Assembly: GCA_004022145.1 (NCBI GenBank)
Contig: RCNU01000002.1
Strand: one strand, 5' to 3'
Source: Paecilomyces variotii
Lineage: Eukaryota
Length of the DNA: 64,000 bases
Position numbers and translations under genes: made by a program. The notes beneath the pieces were generated by a model that saw nothing but the letters and a program-made list of their open reading frames with translations, did no database searches and was not told the DNA's origin. This document shows, piece after piece, positions 1 through 12,240 of this stretch. Position 1 is the stretch's first letter. Each line of letters begins with the position of its first letter.

Positions 1-398
1 AACACTGTAAAGCCAGAATTCACGTTAGCAGACGAGCTTCGCATTATGGCCCTGAGGGAGACCGACACTATAAATGTGTTCCAAGATAAGAAGCCCACCA
101 TCATACTCCTGTACGCCAACGACCAGTTCCGAGGATTTGCAGGATCGTCTTCATCCTCCCAGTCGACCTCGAAGTTGGGATCCGTAGTACCTGCGGTGCC
201 GACAGAGGTCACCTTCTGTCTTAGTGATGGTTGCGAGGCCCGGGAAATCTGTGGTGTGAGCGCTTTCTCATAGTTGTGCGCGATATCTAAACTGTTTCTC
301 GATACACTCTCGATTGTCGAATTCTCCGAACGTTGTATGTGTACTTCTTCCACCCATTTTCCAGGCTCAGAAGAGTCTTGCCCCGAAGACGACGACAT
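1..398 (-). CDS. MFS transporter, DHA1 (drug:H+ antiporter) family, 5' part only (runs off window)
   Basis: Absent from the ORF track. Manual minus-strand translation from ATG at 398 gives MSSSSGQDSSEPGKW...TTDPNFEVDWEDEDDPANPRNWSLAYRSMMVGFLSWNTFIV, then an intron (GT..GCTAAC..TACAG). V-x-W...D-P-x-N-P-x-N-W before TM1 is typical of fungal DHA1 transporters. Confidence 0.85.
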   Translation of the reverse strand, partial: MSSSSGQDSSEPGKWVEEVHIQRSENSTIESVSRNSLDIAHNYEKALTPQISRASQPSLRQKVTSVGTAGTTDPNFEVDWEDEDDPANPRNWSLAYRSMMVGFLSWNTFIVSVSLRAIMRSSSANVNSGFTV

Positions 399-2148
399 CG
401 AGAAGACACCTAAAGCACAGCGCACAGTAACTGGGCTGTCGGTTCTTCCAAGGCGCTCGAGACCCTGCAGCAGCGTGCCTTGAACGTTAAGGACTATGCG
501 CAGTCCGTCTGATGATTCGGTACAAGGACCTACGCATAACAGTTCGGGCGTGTATATAGCTCGCGCTGGAAATTTGAGTCAAAGGTACAAAAGATTGACC
601 TCCAGACTGTGGCAGGTCCAGCTGAGAAATAATGTGGTGGGCACCATTGGGACCCATTTATTATAGCAGCGCCGATTTCACCAGCCGACTTATCAATCGT
701 CGATCAGAACCTACACGGCAATGGAAAAGAACTGTGCCTGGACATCCTCCTACACCGAGGTTAGTGCCCAGTCGTGGGGGCCTCGCCGATATGGATCTGC
801 CACCAAAGTCGCTACAGGGCATCACTCAAGCTTGCTTTATGAAGTGACAGGCAGCCGTATATCAATCAAAGGACTTATGCCCTCTCGGTAGGAAGGATCG
901 TGCTTTTCCGAGTACTTTCTCAAACAAACACTCTCTCCACGTCTAGGGTTTGTTTCTCTACCCGCAGACTTGCAGTATCGGTATCAATTCCCCGGGAAGA
1001 GAAAATAATGTTTGTCCCGATAGCGGGGTTGATAGGCCCCGAGAGTAAAGTCGGCCAATAGAGACGGAAGCGCAAGACGCCATGGTCCACTGAATATTGG
1101 GCTCTCCCAACTCTCTCCCCGCAGCCGAAGGGGAGTATCACTCCGTATTATGGCCATTATTGATCGCGCCAGCCTCTTGGAGCATCTAACAAAGCTCCAC
1201 GGTCCCAGGATCGCGTAGGAAATCCGACCTGAATGGACCATGAGACCCATTCGATGACTGATCTATGAGACCATGGAGAAGACTATCTGAAGAGTGTGTG
1301 GTGGAAGGAGTTGAATCCCTACTGGTTTATGAGCAGCCAAGATCATAGCAGAACCGAGAGCGTGCCGGTTTGCCGGTCGTTCGGGGAATACGAAAGCCAG
1401 TTGGAAGAGGGGTTTGACCGGGCGGTTGAAGTGAGTCCCTGGATAGATAGATTCTCTTGACCTCCGCCATGGAGATCGTTAGGCTTCAGTCGGTGAAGTG
1501 ATCCTGCGCCAAGGTTAGCGGTGGGTGAGATTTTGATAAGACCGGGGTGAAAAGGCGATTACGAGACCAACCATCTCGATGTATGCATGATTGAGACAAT
1601 CTTAATCAATTCAAATGACAGAAGAGCTGATGGATAATAGAGAGCATTGCTGATGATTGATGATGGAGGTAGGAGCATACAGCCATAGTGTACAGTAAAT
1701 ACCACACCCCCATGTTTTCCCGCAACCCACATGGGCGGTCCAGACGATTCTTCCCACATTTTGAACGTCTTCCACCAGGAGTAGGTCTTCTACCGGTACA
1801 AGCCTCGCCTAAAAACTTGGCTTTTTCCTGACCTTCCTTTTACCACCAAAAGCAATTACTAAGGTACTCGAGTTAACATTTCATAGCATAACATCAAATG
1901 ACTGAAAGAGAATATCCATATCTACTACCTGCGTACTTCGCGAAACTCAGCTCCATACGATATCCCCGTTCGTGACTCGCATATTGATCAATTCTAATCC
2001 TTATCGCCAGCCTGTCGCCTTCCCACCCCCACCCCCCTCTATAGACCGACGAACATGGTCGCACTTGGCCGTCTCTTCTGGAAAATTGAGTTCCTATTTG
2101 GACGTACGACCGAAGGGTCTAAAAAAGAACGGCAAAAAAAAAAGACTC

Positions 2149-2304
2149 AAAAACACCCGCTCGCGCGGTACTCGGACGATTTCTATCATTGACGGAGTAA
2201 AACGGCGAGACGATTATCCTGTTCCTGTCCCCGGATGGAAATGGAATTTGTCCCGTGCAAAGAAGCTATTTCATTTGCTAGGAGTACCAAGAGCGCGACG
2301 CGCT
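2149..2304. ncRNA. Candidate structured non-coding RNA, family unknown
   Basis: TCGCGC-GGTACTC (2161-2173) is complementary to GAGTACC-aaga-GCGCGA (2282-2298). A5 at 2149-2153 and A10 at 2134-2143 read as T-runs just 3' of the stem on the minus strand. Intergenic, with no credible ORF. Confidence 0.3.
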
Positions 2305-3306
2305 AGTCGAACGAGAACTGAATGTGAGTCAATGCAAGTTGAAGGTAAATCCGTACAACTTTCAAATTATGGATTCTGCGACAGCCCTAGCCGCGGATAT
2401 CTAAATACTTAGTTGAATAACGCCGAGTGGTAGGGGAAATTCGGAAGAATCAGTAATGGGATTAGTATGTATTTTGTCGGCGCACAAAGCGAACGCCAGG
2501 TAATCTGTCAATGATCCGTTTGCAGCATGTCCTTTGAATCTTGATAGGATAGAACTACTACATCACAAGATTCTTTGTATGCTATGGATATAACTATCGG
2601 TTCAACCCTCCAAAAGCCCTTAGAACTAGAAGCAAGCAAGCAATTCAAGCAGCTTAGATATATCAGCTAGGTGGTTCAAATCAGACCTTGCTTTCGTGCC
2701 ATTTATGAAGCGACAAATTTCTCACCCGGCAAATATATTTGACTTGTGAATATTATACGATAGCTTCCTCAGATACTAACTGAAGAGATTATGAATGTAG
2801 ACATCCCCGGCTGCACTTACAATAGCTCTAACTACGAAGATGTCGAGCTTATAGAAAGGCTACCACTACTCTAGAACGCACTTGAATGCTCGTAAATCAA
2901 AAAACATAATTTCATTTCACGTCGTTGCTTATAGATCATTGATATATAGCCCCTGAGGATGTTTACCACTCGGGCGTACCATTCAGAAAGCCGTGCTATC
3001 GAGCCTCAAGCTCAAGAATGCATGATTGCAACAGCGATCGAAAATGTTCGGGGAAGTAGTGATGATGAGCCAGCAAAAACAACGATTACCTCCCGAAGAA
3101 TAACGAAATAGCTCCCACTTAGGGGAGTCTTGCGTGCTAGGGCCAACACTTCACGGAAGAGAGAGCCGTGGAGAGAGAGGGACAAAAGAGCACATTTTTC
3201 TTGCCTTTCGAGAGAGTCCTTCAATTCTCTTACCCTTGTTTGCTCGTGCGTTTGTACTTTGGGGATTTTGTCTGGTCATGAATTCCCCTATTGCAAGCTT
3301 CGATGC

Positions 3307-5782
3307 TTACAGACGAGCAAGGTTGACAACCTCGCCTGGAGCGTGGTATGTTGGGACCTTCATGTCTAGGGCCGAGCCGGAGTAGCCAAGGTCCTCTGCT
3401 GTCAGGACGGCACACTTTTCGCCGATCAAGAGGGCAGTCTGCAGGGTGGTTAATAAGAGACCTCTAAGTACGAGTCGGATGATACACCAGGGTAAGACTT
3501 ACGCTGAAGGTGTTGCAGCCAACGTTGTCAGGGCAGATTGACAAGTCGGAGACCTTCAGGCCTTTGACGCCGTGAACGTTCAGGCGCTCATCGAGCACAC
3601 CGTGCTTGACGATGGAGTTACCCTCTCTGGGGGCCATGCTGCAAGTACCCAGGCAGTGCCAGGTGGTCTCAACGTGGCGTTCGACTGTAGATAAGTTAGA
3701 CAATGGCTGCTATGACAACAGTCTGGGAGACAACTGGTTGATACTCACCCCACTTCTCGATGTGCTCAATGTCCTGCTTGGTGTACTTGAGCGGCTCACG
3801 GGTCTCCTGCTTGTTGGAGTTCAAGAAGTTGGCAGCAGGGCTCTTGCCAGGCTCCAGAGGATGAGACCAGGATCCTAGGACGTGGTCAGGATCGACACTT
3901 CACCAAAGATAATATTAATCCAGTGTCACTTACCATGCTGGATGTTAGCGCTGAGGTGGAGCGGGCCAGCGTAGGCATTCGTGGTAGCAAGGTCCAGGTC
4001 GAAGGCACGGGCAGGCGAGTCGTAGGCGAAGTGAGGGTGCATAGCAGTGACTTCACCGGCGTAGGAAGCCATGCGGCGAGCAGTCTCACGAGACTTGATG
4101 TAACCCCAGACCATAGGAGCCATATCACGCTTGTCGTTCATGAAACCGGCATCGAAGTCGGGAGCCTCGTATGGGTCGGGAGACTTGACGTGGATCCAGC
4201 CACGAGAGAATGGGTATTCCTATTGATCTGTCAGAAGGGTGCTGCGTAGATGATAGATAGAACCTACTCACCAAGAAGTGGAACATGGTGAAGAACTTGC
4301 CAGGGGGCATGAGCATGTGGTCACCGAACCATCTGTATTGATATTAGCAACCGATCAAAACAGGCATTAAGCCTTGGTGTACTTACCCAGAGATCACAGA
4401 GTAGTGCATGACAGGCTTGTCGGGCTTGTTCTTGAAGTAGGTATCCCATCCGCTCTGGAATTCAGGGGTTGGCCAGTTTCTCATTTCTGCCAGCTCCTCC
4501 TCAGTCGGGCGGATCTTCACACCAGCCTCAATACCGTTAGTGGAAAGGGGACCGGTGCCCTTGATGTTCCATTCATCATAGACTTTCTTCTGGACCTCAG
4601 GATCGCCGCGGATAAAGTCGTCGAATGACTCAACTTCAGGCTTGGCCCTGTAGACGGAGAAGGTGAGGTAGTGGTCCTGGAAGTTACGACCAACGCCAGG
4701 GAGGTCCACAATGGGCTTGATGCCGGCCTGGCGGAGCTTCTCGGGGTCACCAACACCAGAGCGCTGGAGGATCAACGGAGAGCTGAGTGTGCCTCCGCTG
4801 ACGATAATCTGCTTGCGAGCACGGTAGATCTTGCGCTCCGGGTTGGCGCCATTGAGAGGCTTGGTCGGGACGGTGGCAACACCGACAGCCCTGCCGTTCT
4901 CGATGATGACTTTGTCCACCTTGGTACTGGTCTTCAAGTGAAGGTTGTCGAACTTGGAGCGGGTGCTGTGGACGTAGGCGTGGGCAGCATCACTGCGACG
5001 ACCAGTGTCCCGGTTGATCCACTTGAGCCAGTGCTCAGCACCATGGCTATCAATTTGTCAATAACATTGCCCTTAAATTATATCAACCAGTGTGCCTTAC
5101 CCGGTCTTCAGATCTTGAAGGTCGTCCGTAACAGGGATGCCCTGGGACTCCGCCGCTCTCAGGAAGTCCTGCATGATCGGATATGTGTAGTTTCCAAAGG
5201 AAACCTTGATCGGGCCCTCAAATCCATGTAGGTCCCTGTTGTTGCAGGCCCTCTGGTAAGTCTCATGCTTCTTCATGAGGGGGATCAGCTCCTTTGTGGT
5301 CCATCCCTTCGCCTGGAAGTCATCGTAGTCGGATGCAGAGGCTCGAGTGTACATCTACAAGCACACAATGCCATCAGTATCTTTAATCCCAGGGGACGTG
5401 GTTCCGGAAATCTGGACATACCATGAAGTTGATGGAGCTACCACCACCCAAGATGTGGGCACAGGGGACAATGGCTCGTCGGCCATCCAGCCATTTAGAG
5501 GGGCGCGAGTAGTAAAATGAAGCGGTTTTGGAGTCCAGCTTCATGTTACGCGGGTAGATACCCGGACGGTAAACCCTTTCACAAACTGTCAGCAACGGTA
5601 CACAATCTTCAATGCTTCCGCTGTTGGTTTTGCGCTTACCATGGGTTGTTGAGATTGTCTTCACCTGCCTCGATCAAGAGGACCTGGAGGTTGTGATCGA
5701 GGTTGGCAAGTCTGCCAGCGGGAACACAGCCGGAGCTGCCTCCACCGCAGATGATAATATCAACCTCGTCAGGGATAGTCAT
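3307..5782 (-). CDS. aox: Peroxisomal alcohol (methanol) oxidase, GMC oxidoreductase AA3_3; 8 introns
   Basis: Spliced protein starts [29 protein letters not shown] (FAD-binding loop) and contains [18 protein letters not shown] and [11 protein letters not shown]. The last exon reads [43 protein letters not shown], ending in the PTS1-type tripeptide ARL. Confidence 0.95.
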
Positions 5783-5900
5783 TGTGACTGTGATTTCTAG
5801 ATGGCTTCAATTGCAATGGAAGGAGTCTGTCTATCACAACGAACTCCAAAACTCTGGTGTGAGACAACAAACTGGTTGGGATCGGGGTCGAGCAAGGGGA

Positions 5901-6218
5901 TTATATACTTGAGGTTCTCAACCCCGCATATCTACAATATCGAGAGAGCTACCCCTGTTGGGGAATACTGCTTTCAAGATCATCCCAGTTACCATCAACC
6001 AGGTTTGTGTAGAAGTCAAACCCCCGCAAATGGACCCCCACTCAATCTATGATCTGCCATATGTCGATGGCTAGAGATGTGGACTGGGATACATTGCCGC
6101 CGGGAGATGGTTGGGGATGCATGAAAAACTACAGCGAGGCTGATATTTCTCGATGGTGAATGGTCAAACAGCACGCTGGAGACCAGAACGATCTCCGCAT
6201 CAGCTTCATTCTCTCCGC
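5901..6218 (-). promoter_or_regulatory. Alcohol oxidase promoter: TATA box and clustered SYGGRG (CreA-type) sites
   Basis: TATATAA on the minus strand at ~5901-5907. CCCCGC at 5922 and 6022, CCCCAC at 6036, CTCCGC at 6193 and 6213 all read SYGGRG on the minus strand. Confidence 0.45.
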
Positions 6219-7462
6219 ATTCTAGAGACGGCATAAAGCACAGCACATGGACGCTTTGATTTTCAACAAGCTCTGCTAATCTGGAAAAGTGGCACGGTGC
6301 TAACTCGCACAGGAATGGATTCACTCTCAGCTGCTACAATGACCTCTCTTTCCTGCAACTCCGCTCGGGCCAGACATCTGCCCAAAGTTTCGGCACACCC
6401 TCCCGAGCCCTGACATATCACTGGCACAAAATAACCAGAGTGAGCAACTGTGGTGAAGAGCCGATGGATGGAGGAGCTACAGGGCGGCGGTGAGCACACG
6501 CCCATACCAGTAGGGATTGGAACGACATAAGCCAGCAGACACGATTAACCGCGAGAAGATATCGAGCAGCGGATGAGGAGAAGCTTCAAAGATGATAATT
6601 ACTATCCAGACACATTGACCAAAGAGAGCCAAGGAGCTTGCGTGGCTGCCATCGTAGCGGCAGGGAGGAGGCAGAACGAGAGGTTGGAGACATGGTTCGG
6701 CCAGAATGCTGTTCGCCCGCGAGCCCCCGTGAGACATACCACAGACGACGTACCATAAGTACAAGCCAGCTCAGACGAAGTCGATTATTGTTTGAAATTT
6801 GGATGGACCAGTGGGGCGTGCCCCGGATCTAACGAGCGGAGGTGCAGTGCGGGGAAGCGCCAACCTTTTTCCATCTTTAAACAGTCGCCCCGCAAAAGAA
6901 CTATTGATATCTCCCCCGGCTGTCTATCCGCGCGATGCCGTTGCAGACGCTACAGCTCCCAGTGAGACCATCGACATCATAATCGGCTAGATCTGCTCCT
7001 CTCTGTCCGCCCTGGAGCGGATAGTGCCCGTGGCTACTGTCGTGGCCGAGTCCACCACGGGCGCTTCCCCAGAAAATCCTCAAGTAAATTCCATACCCCA
7101 GAGGATCGGCATACAAACTGCTCCGTGCTAGCTGAACGGCATTTGTCGCAGCTTGGTTGGAGCTCTGCCGTCTGCTTGCGTTGATTGGACTGACCGCAAC
7201 AACCCTACAGCAGCGCACATCGCATTCAGACCATTTTGTCCAGGCTATCTCGCACCGAAGGACCCAGGCCTATGATTATCCTCCCCGGCCATATCCGCCC
7301 CCCAGAGAACATGGGGCTGACAGGGTCCACCCTGCACTCTAGACTCATCACACATCCTGGGAATCAAGTGATCCGGAGAGATTTCATTGCGCATCGGCCG
7401 GCACATCCAGCCATCAAACGATGGGATCGCTACAACATCTTCCGCCGTGGAGCAACGCGCTT

Positions 7463-8187
7463 CTATCGTGACTGCTGCTGCGACAGCTGACGTCGCTGGT
7501 CCAGAATCTGCATTCGCAGACTCTCCGCAGCAAGCTCCACATCCAACACGGCGCCAACTCCGCGTCTCCAAGTTTCCTGCAACCCCACAAGCTCTCCCTT
7601 GCTAGCTTCTTGGGCCATCTTCCTCTGCTTATGGACGGACTCCACAGCAGCTCTGGTATCCGCCAATTCCTTTTCGACTCCTCGAAGTACCTCCTCCAAT
7701 TGCGCATTGCCAATCAGCCATGCGTTCTTCCCATGCTCCTCTAGCAGAGTCAGGTTCTCATGTCTCATCGAGAGGTGCGAGCTGGAGGTATAGGCCCGTT
7801 GCAAGGTATCCCGCCATTCATCGAGCGCCTCTGAAACATCTTTTCCCGGTACGGAAGTCCCAGATGGAGGCTCAGGGGCTTCGTATCGTGAAAGGTCAAT
7901 CCCGCCCGTCATTGGCAACCCGGCCTCTTTGCGGGCCAGCTCTTGCTGGATGAGAGGGGAGAAGCGTGGCTCTACCAAAGCGGGGATAGATGAGTGCAGG
8001 GTCGATTGATAGTCCGCGGGTAACTCTGCGGAGATGAGTTTTTCGGCTGCTGCGCGAGCTCCAGCATTGGGTTCGCCGTCGATGTCTGGGATCTACGATC
8101 AGTCCAATCTGCGCGACTCACGTGAGAGGGGAAGGAATGCATCAACTTACAGGGGAGAGAATCATGGGACTCGTTAATAAGCGACAT
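7463..8187 (-). CDS. SPF27: Pre-mRNA splicing factor SPF27/BCAS2
   Basis: MSLINESHDSLP|YIDGEP across one intron (GTAAGT..CTGAT..CAG). Contains GIDLSRYEAP, NLTLLEEHGKNAWLIGNAQLE and a C-terminal coiled coil typical of BCAS2. Confidence 0.9.
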
Positions 8188-8886
8188 CTTCGCAACAGCC
8201 GTGTCTGGATGAGGGAACGCAGGAAGAAAAAGGGTTTGCTGATCGCCAGAAAGTTTTGATGTCTTGTCTTGCCAGCGTCGAAATCAAGAACGCAATCGGG
8301 CGGTGAGGTTCTGCCACATCAGTTGATGACTAACCCGGAGACCGCCCGACAGGCAACGGCCGGATACTGCCGGTTCTGTCAGAAAGGCGGAGTCCATGAC
8401 GATCGCTTGCTGAGATCAAGGATGATCTCAAGATAAACTACCTACTCTACACCGTAGCCTGGCGCTACTTGTTCGTTTAATAATCCTTCTGGACAAGCAC
8501 ATCATCTCAGTCGACCTCCCAACGGGTTTGGGAAAAGGGTCGCGTGAGACGGTGTATTTGCGCCAATAAAGGCCGAGGGTCTGCGAATTGGCCTGGCTTA
8601 TGCCCTGCGCGGTAGCATTCACTATCTCTCAGTTTCCTATCATTGGATTTTTCGGGGGCGCTATAGTCCGGCAGCCCTTTACTAGTGGCTATCTAATTCA
8701 CGTCTCCTGAGGTTCTGACAGGGAATACAGATGGCATGTGTTGGGCTATTGTTCATGCTGTATCTGAAACAACAGTGATTTTAAAGAAGAGCGGGGTCCG
8801 CCCAGTGGCAGCTTAGCTGCGCAAGAGGGCTTCAATTTGTCTTGGTAAACGGCAAAGAAGTGTATATAAGCACATACTAAACAACC

Positions 8887-11229
8887 ATGGCGCGTTTTGG
8901 GCTTGTCGCTGCGCTGGCAGGGATATTTCTCGGTGCTCTCGCTCTGCTTCAGCTGATATCAATAGCCTGGGAAGGCCCGAAGTTGCCGCGTTTTGGATAT
9001 GATTCCCATCGGGAAGGCAGAGAGAGCGGATTTGCATCTGATGATGGCGTATTTTTGCTGGGCGCTGGAAAAGCGGATATCACAGGGTAAGTTATTGACA
9101 GTTTAAGTGACATGACCCTGCTAAGTTCCGCGTCCAGGCCAGTTGTCGAAGTTGAGTTCGGCGGTTATGCGATGTTGGATCAGATCGGGACTGGCCTTCG
9201 ACAGAGGACGTACTCCCGTGCCTTCATTGTTGCAAGCCCGGACAACCCAGAAGATACTTTCATCTATGTCGTTTTGGACGCTTTAGCTGGTGACACAGCT
9301 GTACGGAATGGGGTCTTGCAGGGCCTCGCAGACCTCGGCGGGGAATATGCTCGTTATGGGGAGCGTAACTTGGCACTAACAGGGACGCACTCGCATTCAG
9401 GACCAGGAGCTTGGTATAATTATCTCCTACCTCAGATCCCCAGTAAGGGTTTCAACAAAGAAAGCTATCAAGCGCTTGTAGATGGCGCACTATTGTCCAT
9501 CCAACGAGCACATGAGACTTTAACCACAGGAAGGCTGTCGTTTGGATCCATTGACCTGGAAGATAGTAACATCAACAGGAGCCCTTATTCTTATCTGGCT
9601 AACCCGGAGGAAGAGAGAGCCCGCTATTCAGCTAACGTGGATAAGACGATGACTCTTCTGAGATTTGACCGAGAATCAGACAATAAGACCACTGCTGTTC
9701 TGACGTTCTTTCCTGTGCACGGGACATCTATGTACAACAACAACACTCTGGCTACGGGAGACAACAAGGGAGTTGCCGCATGGCTCTTCGAGAGAAGTGT
9801 TCGAAAAGACGCAAGGTTTGCGGATGGCTTCGTTGCTGGGTTCTCCCAATCGAATGTGGGTGATACATCGCCCAATATTCTGGGAGCATGGTGTGAAGAT
9901 GGTTCGGGTCTCCCGTGTCGATTCGAAGATAGTACTTGTGGCGGCAAAACGGAACAGTGTCATGGACGTGGACCATTCTTCCGTGAAAAGGACGAAGGCG
10001 CGAAAAGTTGTTTCGAGATTGGACGACGACAATACGCAGCTGCCAAGGAACTCTACCAGCAGTTGGATTCGAATCCAACTCGAATTCTCGGTAGCTCTGC
10101 TGTTTCCTCCTTTCACGTCTACCAGGACATGGCAGGCTACACGTTCCCGTCGCCGTTCAACTCTAGTATACTCAAGACGTGTTCTGCGGCCCTGGGGTTC
10201 TCTTTTGCTGGGGGCACGACTGACGGACCGGGCGCATTCGATTTTACCCAAAACAATACTGGTCCAGCGGAGAAGAACCCCCTGTGGTACATTGCCCGTG
10301 GCGCAATCCATCAGCCGTCAAAAGAACAGCAAGAATGCCAAGCACCTAAGGACATCCTCCTAGATGTAGGAGACATTAGCGAGCCTTATGCATGGACTCC
10401 GAACATTGTTGATATTCAAGTGCTCCGTGTCGGGCAACTTTTTATCATCGTCTCTGCGAGTGAGGCGACGACGATGTCCGGTCGTCGGTGGAAGGAAGCT
10501 ATTGCCAACAGTTCGAAAACCATCCTTTCAGTTACTGACCCCCTGGTGGTACTTGGAGCTCCGGCCAATTCTTATGCTCATTACGTCGCAACGGAAGAGG
10601 AATACGGCGTACAACGTTACGAGGGTGCATCTACCCTCTACGGGCCGAATGAGCTTGCAGCGTATATCAATCTAACATTGACGTACCTTCCATACCTGGG
10701 CAGCTTTTCTGAAGTGTCATCGCTACCAGCGATTCTTCCAGGGCCCAGTCCGCCTGTCAACACGAACCGCTCCCTTAGCTTTATCACTCCAGTGGTCTAT
10801 GATAGTGCTCCAATTGGAAAGTCCTTTGGTGACGTCGTTTCCTCGCCTTCATCGGATGTGACATACGGTCCAGGGGATATTGTTAATGCAACGTTTGTCG
10901 GCGCCAATCCGCGGAACAATTTGCGCCTGGAATCCACCTTTGCAGCTGTCGAAATCAAGGATCCCGCCACTGGTTCGTGGCATGTGGTGCGCGATGATAG
11001 CGACTGGAACTTGCTGTATCGGTGGGAGCGAACCAGCACTGTTTTTGGAACCAGCGAAGTTACCTTGGAGTGGCAGATCGAAGACGACTACTACAGTGTC
11101 GACAGTCCGCAGGTCTTGCAGAGCGGCACGTATCGGATGCATTACTACGGTGATGCAAAGAATGCTGCCGGTAAGATTCGGTCATTTGAAGGAATCAGTG
11201 GCACTTTTGTGGTGTCCACCAGATCTTAG
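8887..11229 (+). CDS. Neutral/alkaline non-lysosomal ceramidase
   Basis: N-terminal hydrophobic anchor; GAGKADITG|PVVE joined over a short intron. Family motifs THSHSGPG, FPVHGTSM, QSNVGDTSPN, YEGASTLYG and GANPRNN are present. Confidence 0.93.
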
Positions 11230-12240
11230 CTTTGTGATTTGGTACTATTTACAAGCGTGCTATATGGATGATATATACGAGACATTGTTTTTATTTGCTC
11301 TATCATTCGTTATATATTGGCTTGGGCGTCCCATCAGAACAACTTATGGACCTATATTCACGAGATACCTATTTGGCTACCTGGTTGGAGAAAATTTCAT
11401 GCTCGAAGAGCGATACTTTTGTGACTATCCCAAAATATCCTTGGCTAAGCTTGAAGAGGTGTAGAGAGTGGGAAGCACGAACTTGACGAGAATAAGTCTT
11501 GTAATAACGCTGGGCTGTCAGTAGCGGCCTCCAGCCTCCAGCGACCAGGCGAGTTCTAAGAATAAGCGCTCTTAAGTTGGATCCTACGAACTAAAAAATA
11601 TGACCAATTTATCAGTAGAGACGCCCTCAACTTTCGTGGTCTCCACTGTCCAAAAATATTCTTTATGGGCTTCAACGCTGGGCGGTTACACGAGAGGGTT
11701 GCGCCAATAAGCACGCGCACTGCCGGACGAGTCACCTGAAGCTGTAACAACACCTCAACAACGCTCTGCCTTTTGTCTCTCTTCTCGACGCACAGCAGCC
11801 AACCATCTGAGGCGTGTATGCAAGCTTAGAACATTAGTGCCTTGGATTGTTCTGGCCACCAGAGATGTCCCTCTTCCATGCCGCCTGCCACAGGCGACAG
11901 ATGCAGTTCGCAGTGATCTAACTCTTATCTTTCTCCCAGGAAGCTTAAACAAAACGCAGGCCTCGCGCGCATTCATGAACCTCCAGGATGTCTTTGCTAA
12001 CATTATATCCTCAGGAAATTCTTGCTGTATTCTTTCATTATCTATCCTTATCTGAGCTGGACGATTCTTCTTTCTTTAAGCGCCCCAGCTTCTTTGTTCC
12101 ATATCGCAATAGCCGATCTAATTCATACCTTCAACGATAACTGCTCTCATTTCTGACGATCATTCTTACTTGAAACACTTAACTTTCCCTGTGTCTCAAA
12201 AATACATTCTGTCGAGATCAGCTTGTCTCGAACTGCCATA

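Noticed and set aside
850..1460. Coding-like fragments on the plus strand (e.g. DYLKSVWWKELNPYWF...) broken by stops; possible gene relic
   Set aside because: No recognisable family motif; cannot be distinguished from intergenic noise without a search.
2102..2133. ACGTACGACC..AGGGT resembles the 5' end of fungal 5S rRNA
   Set aside because: Similarity ends after ~30 nt; no internal control region or 3' half.
2167..2288. GGTACTC/GAGTACC as a 7-bp tRNA acceptor stem
   Set aside because: No paired T-arm or proper D-arm on either strand.
1972..2412. 146-aa ORF-track call
   Set aside because: Non-ATG start, runs through A-tracts, no domain.
2433..2446. GGGAAATTCGG resembles RNase P RNA conserved region I
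   Set aside because: No matching CR-V/P4 partner found downstream.
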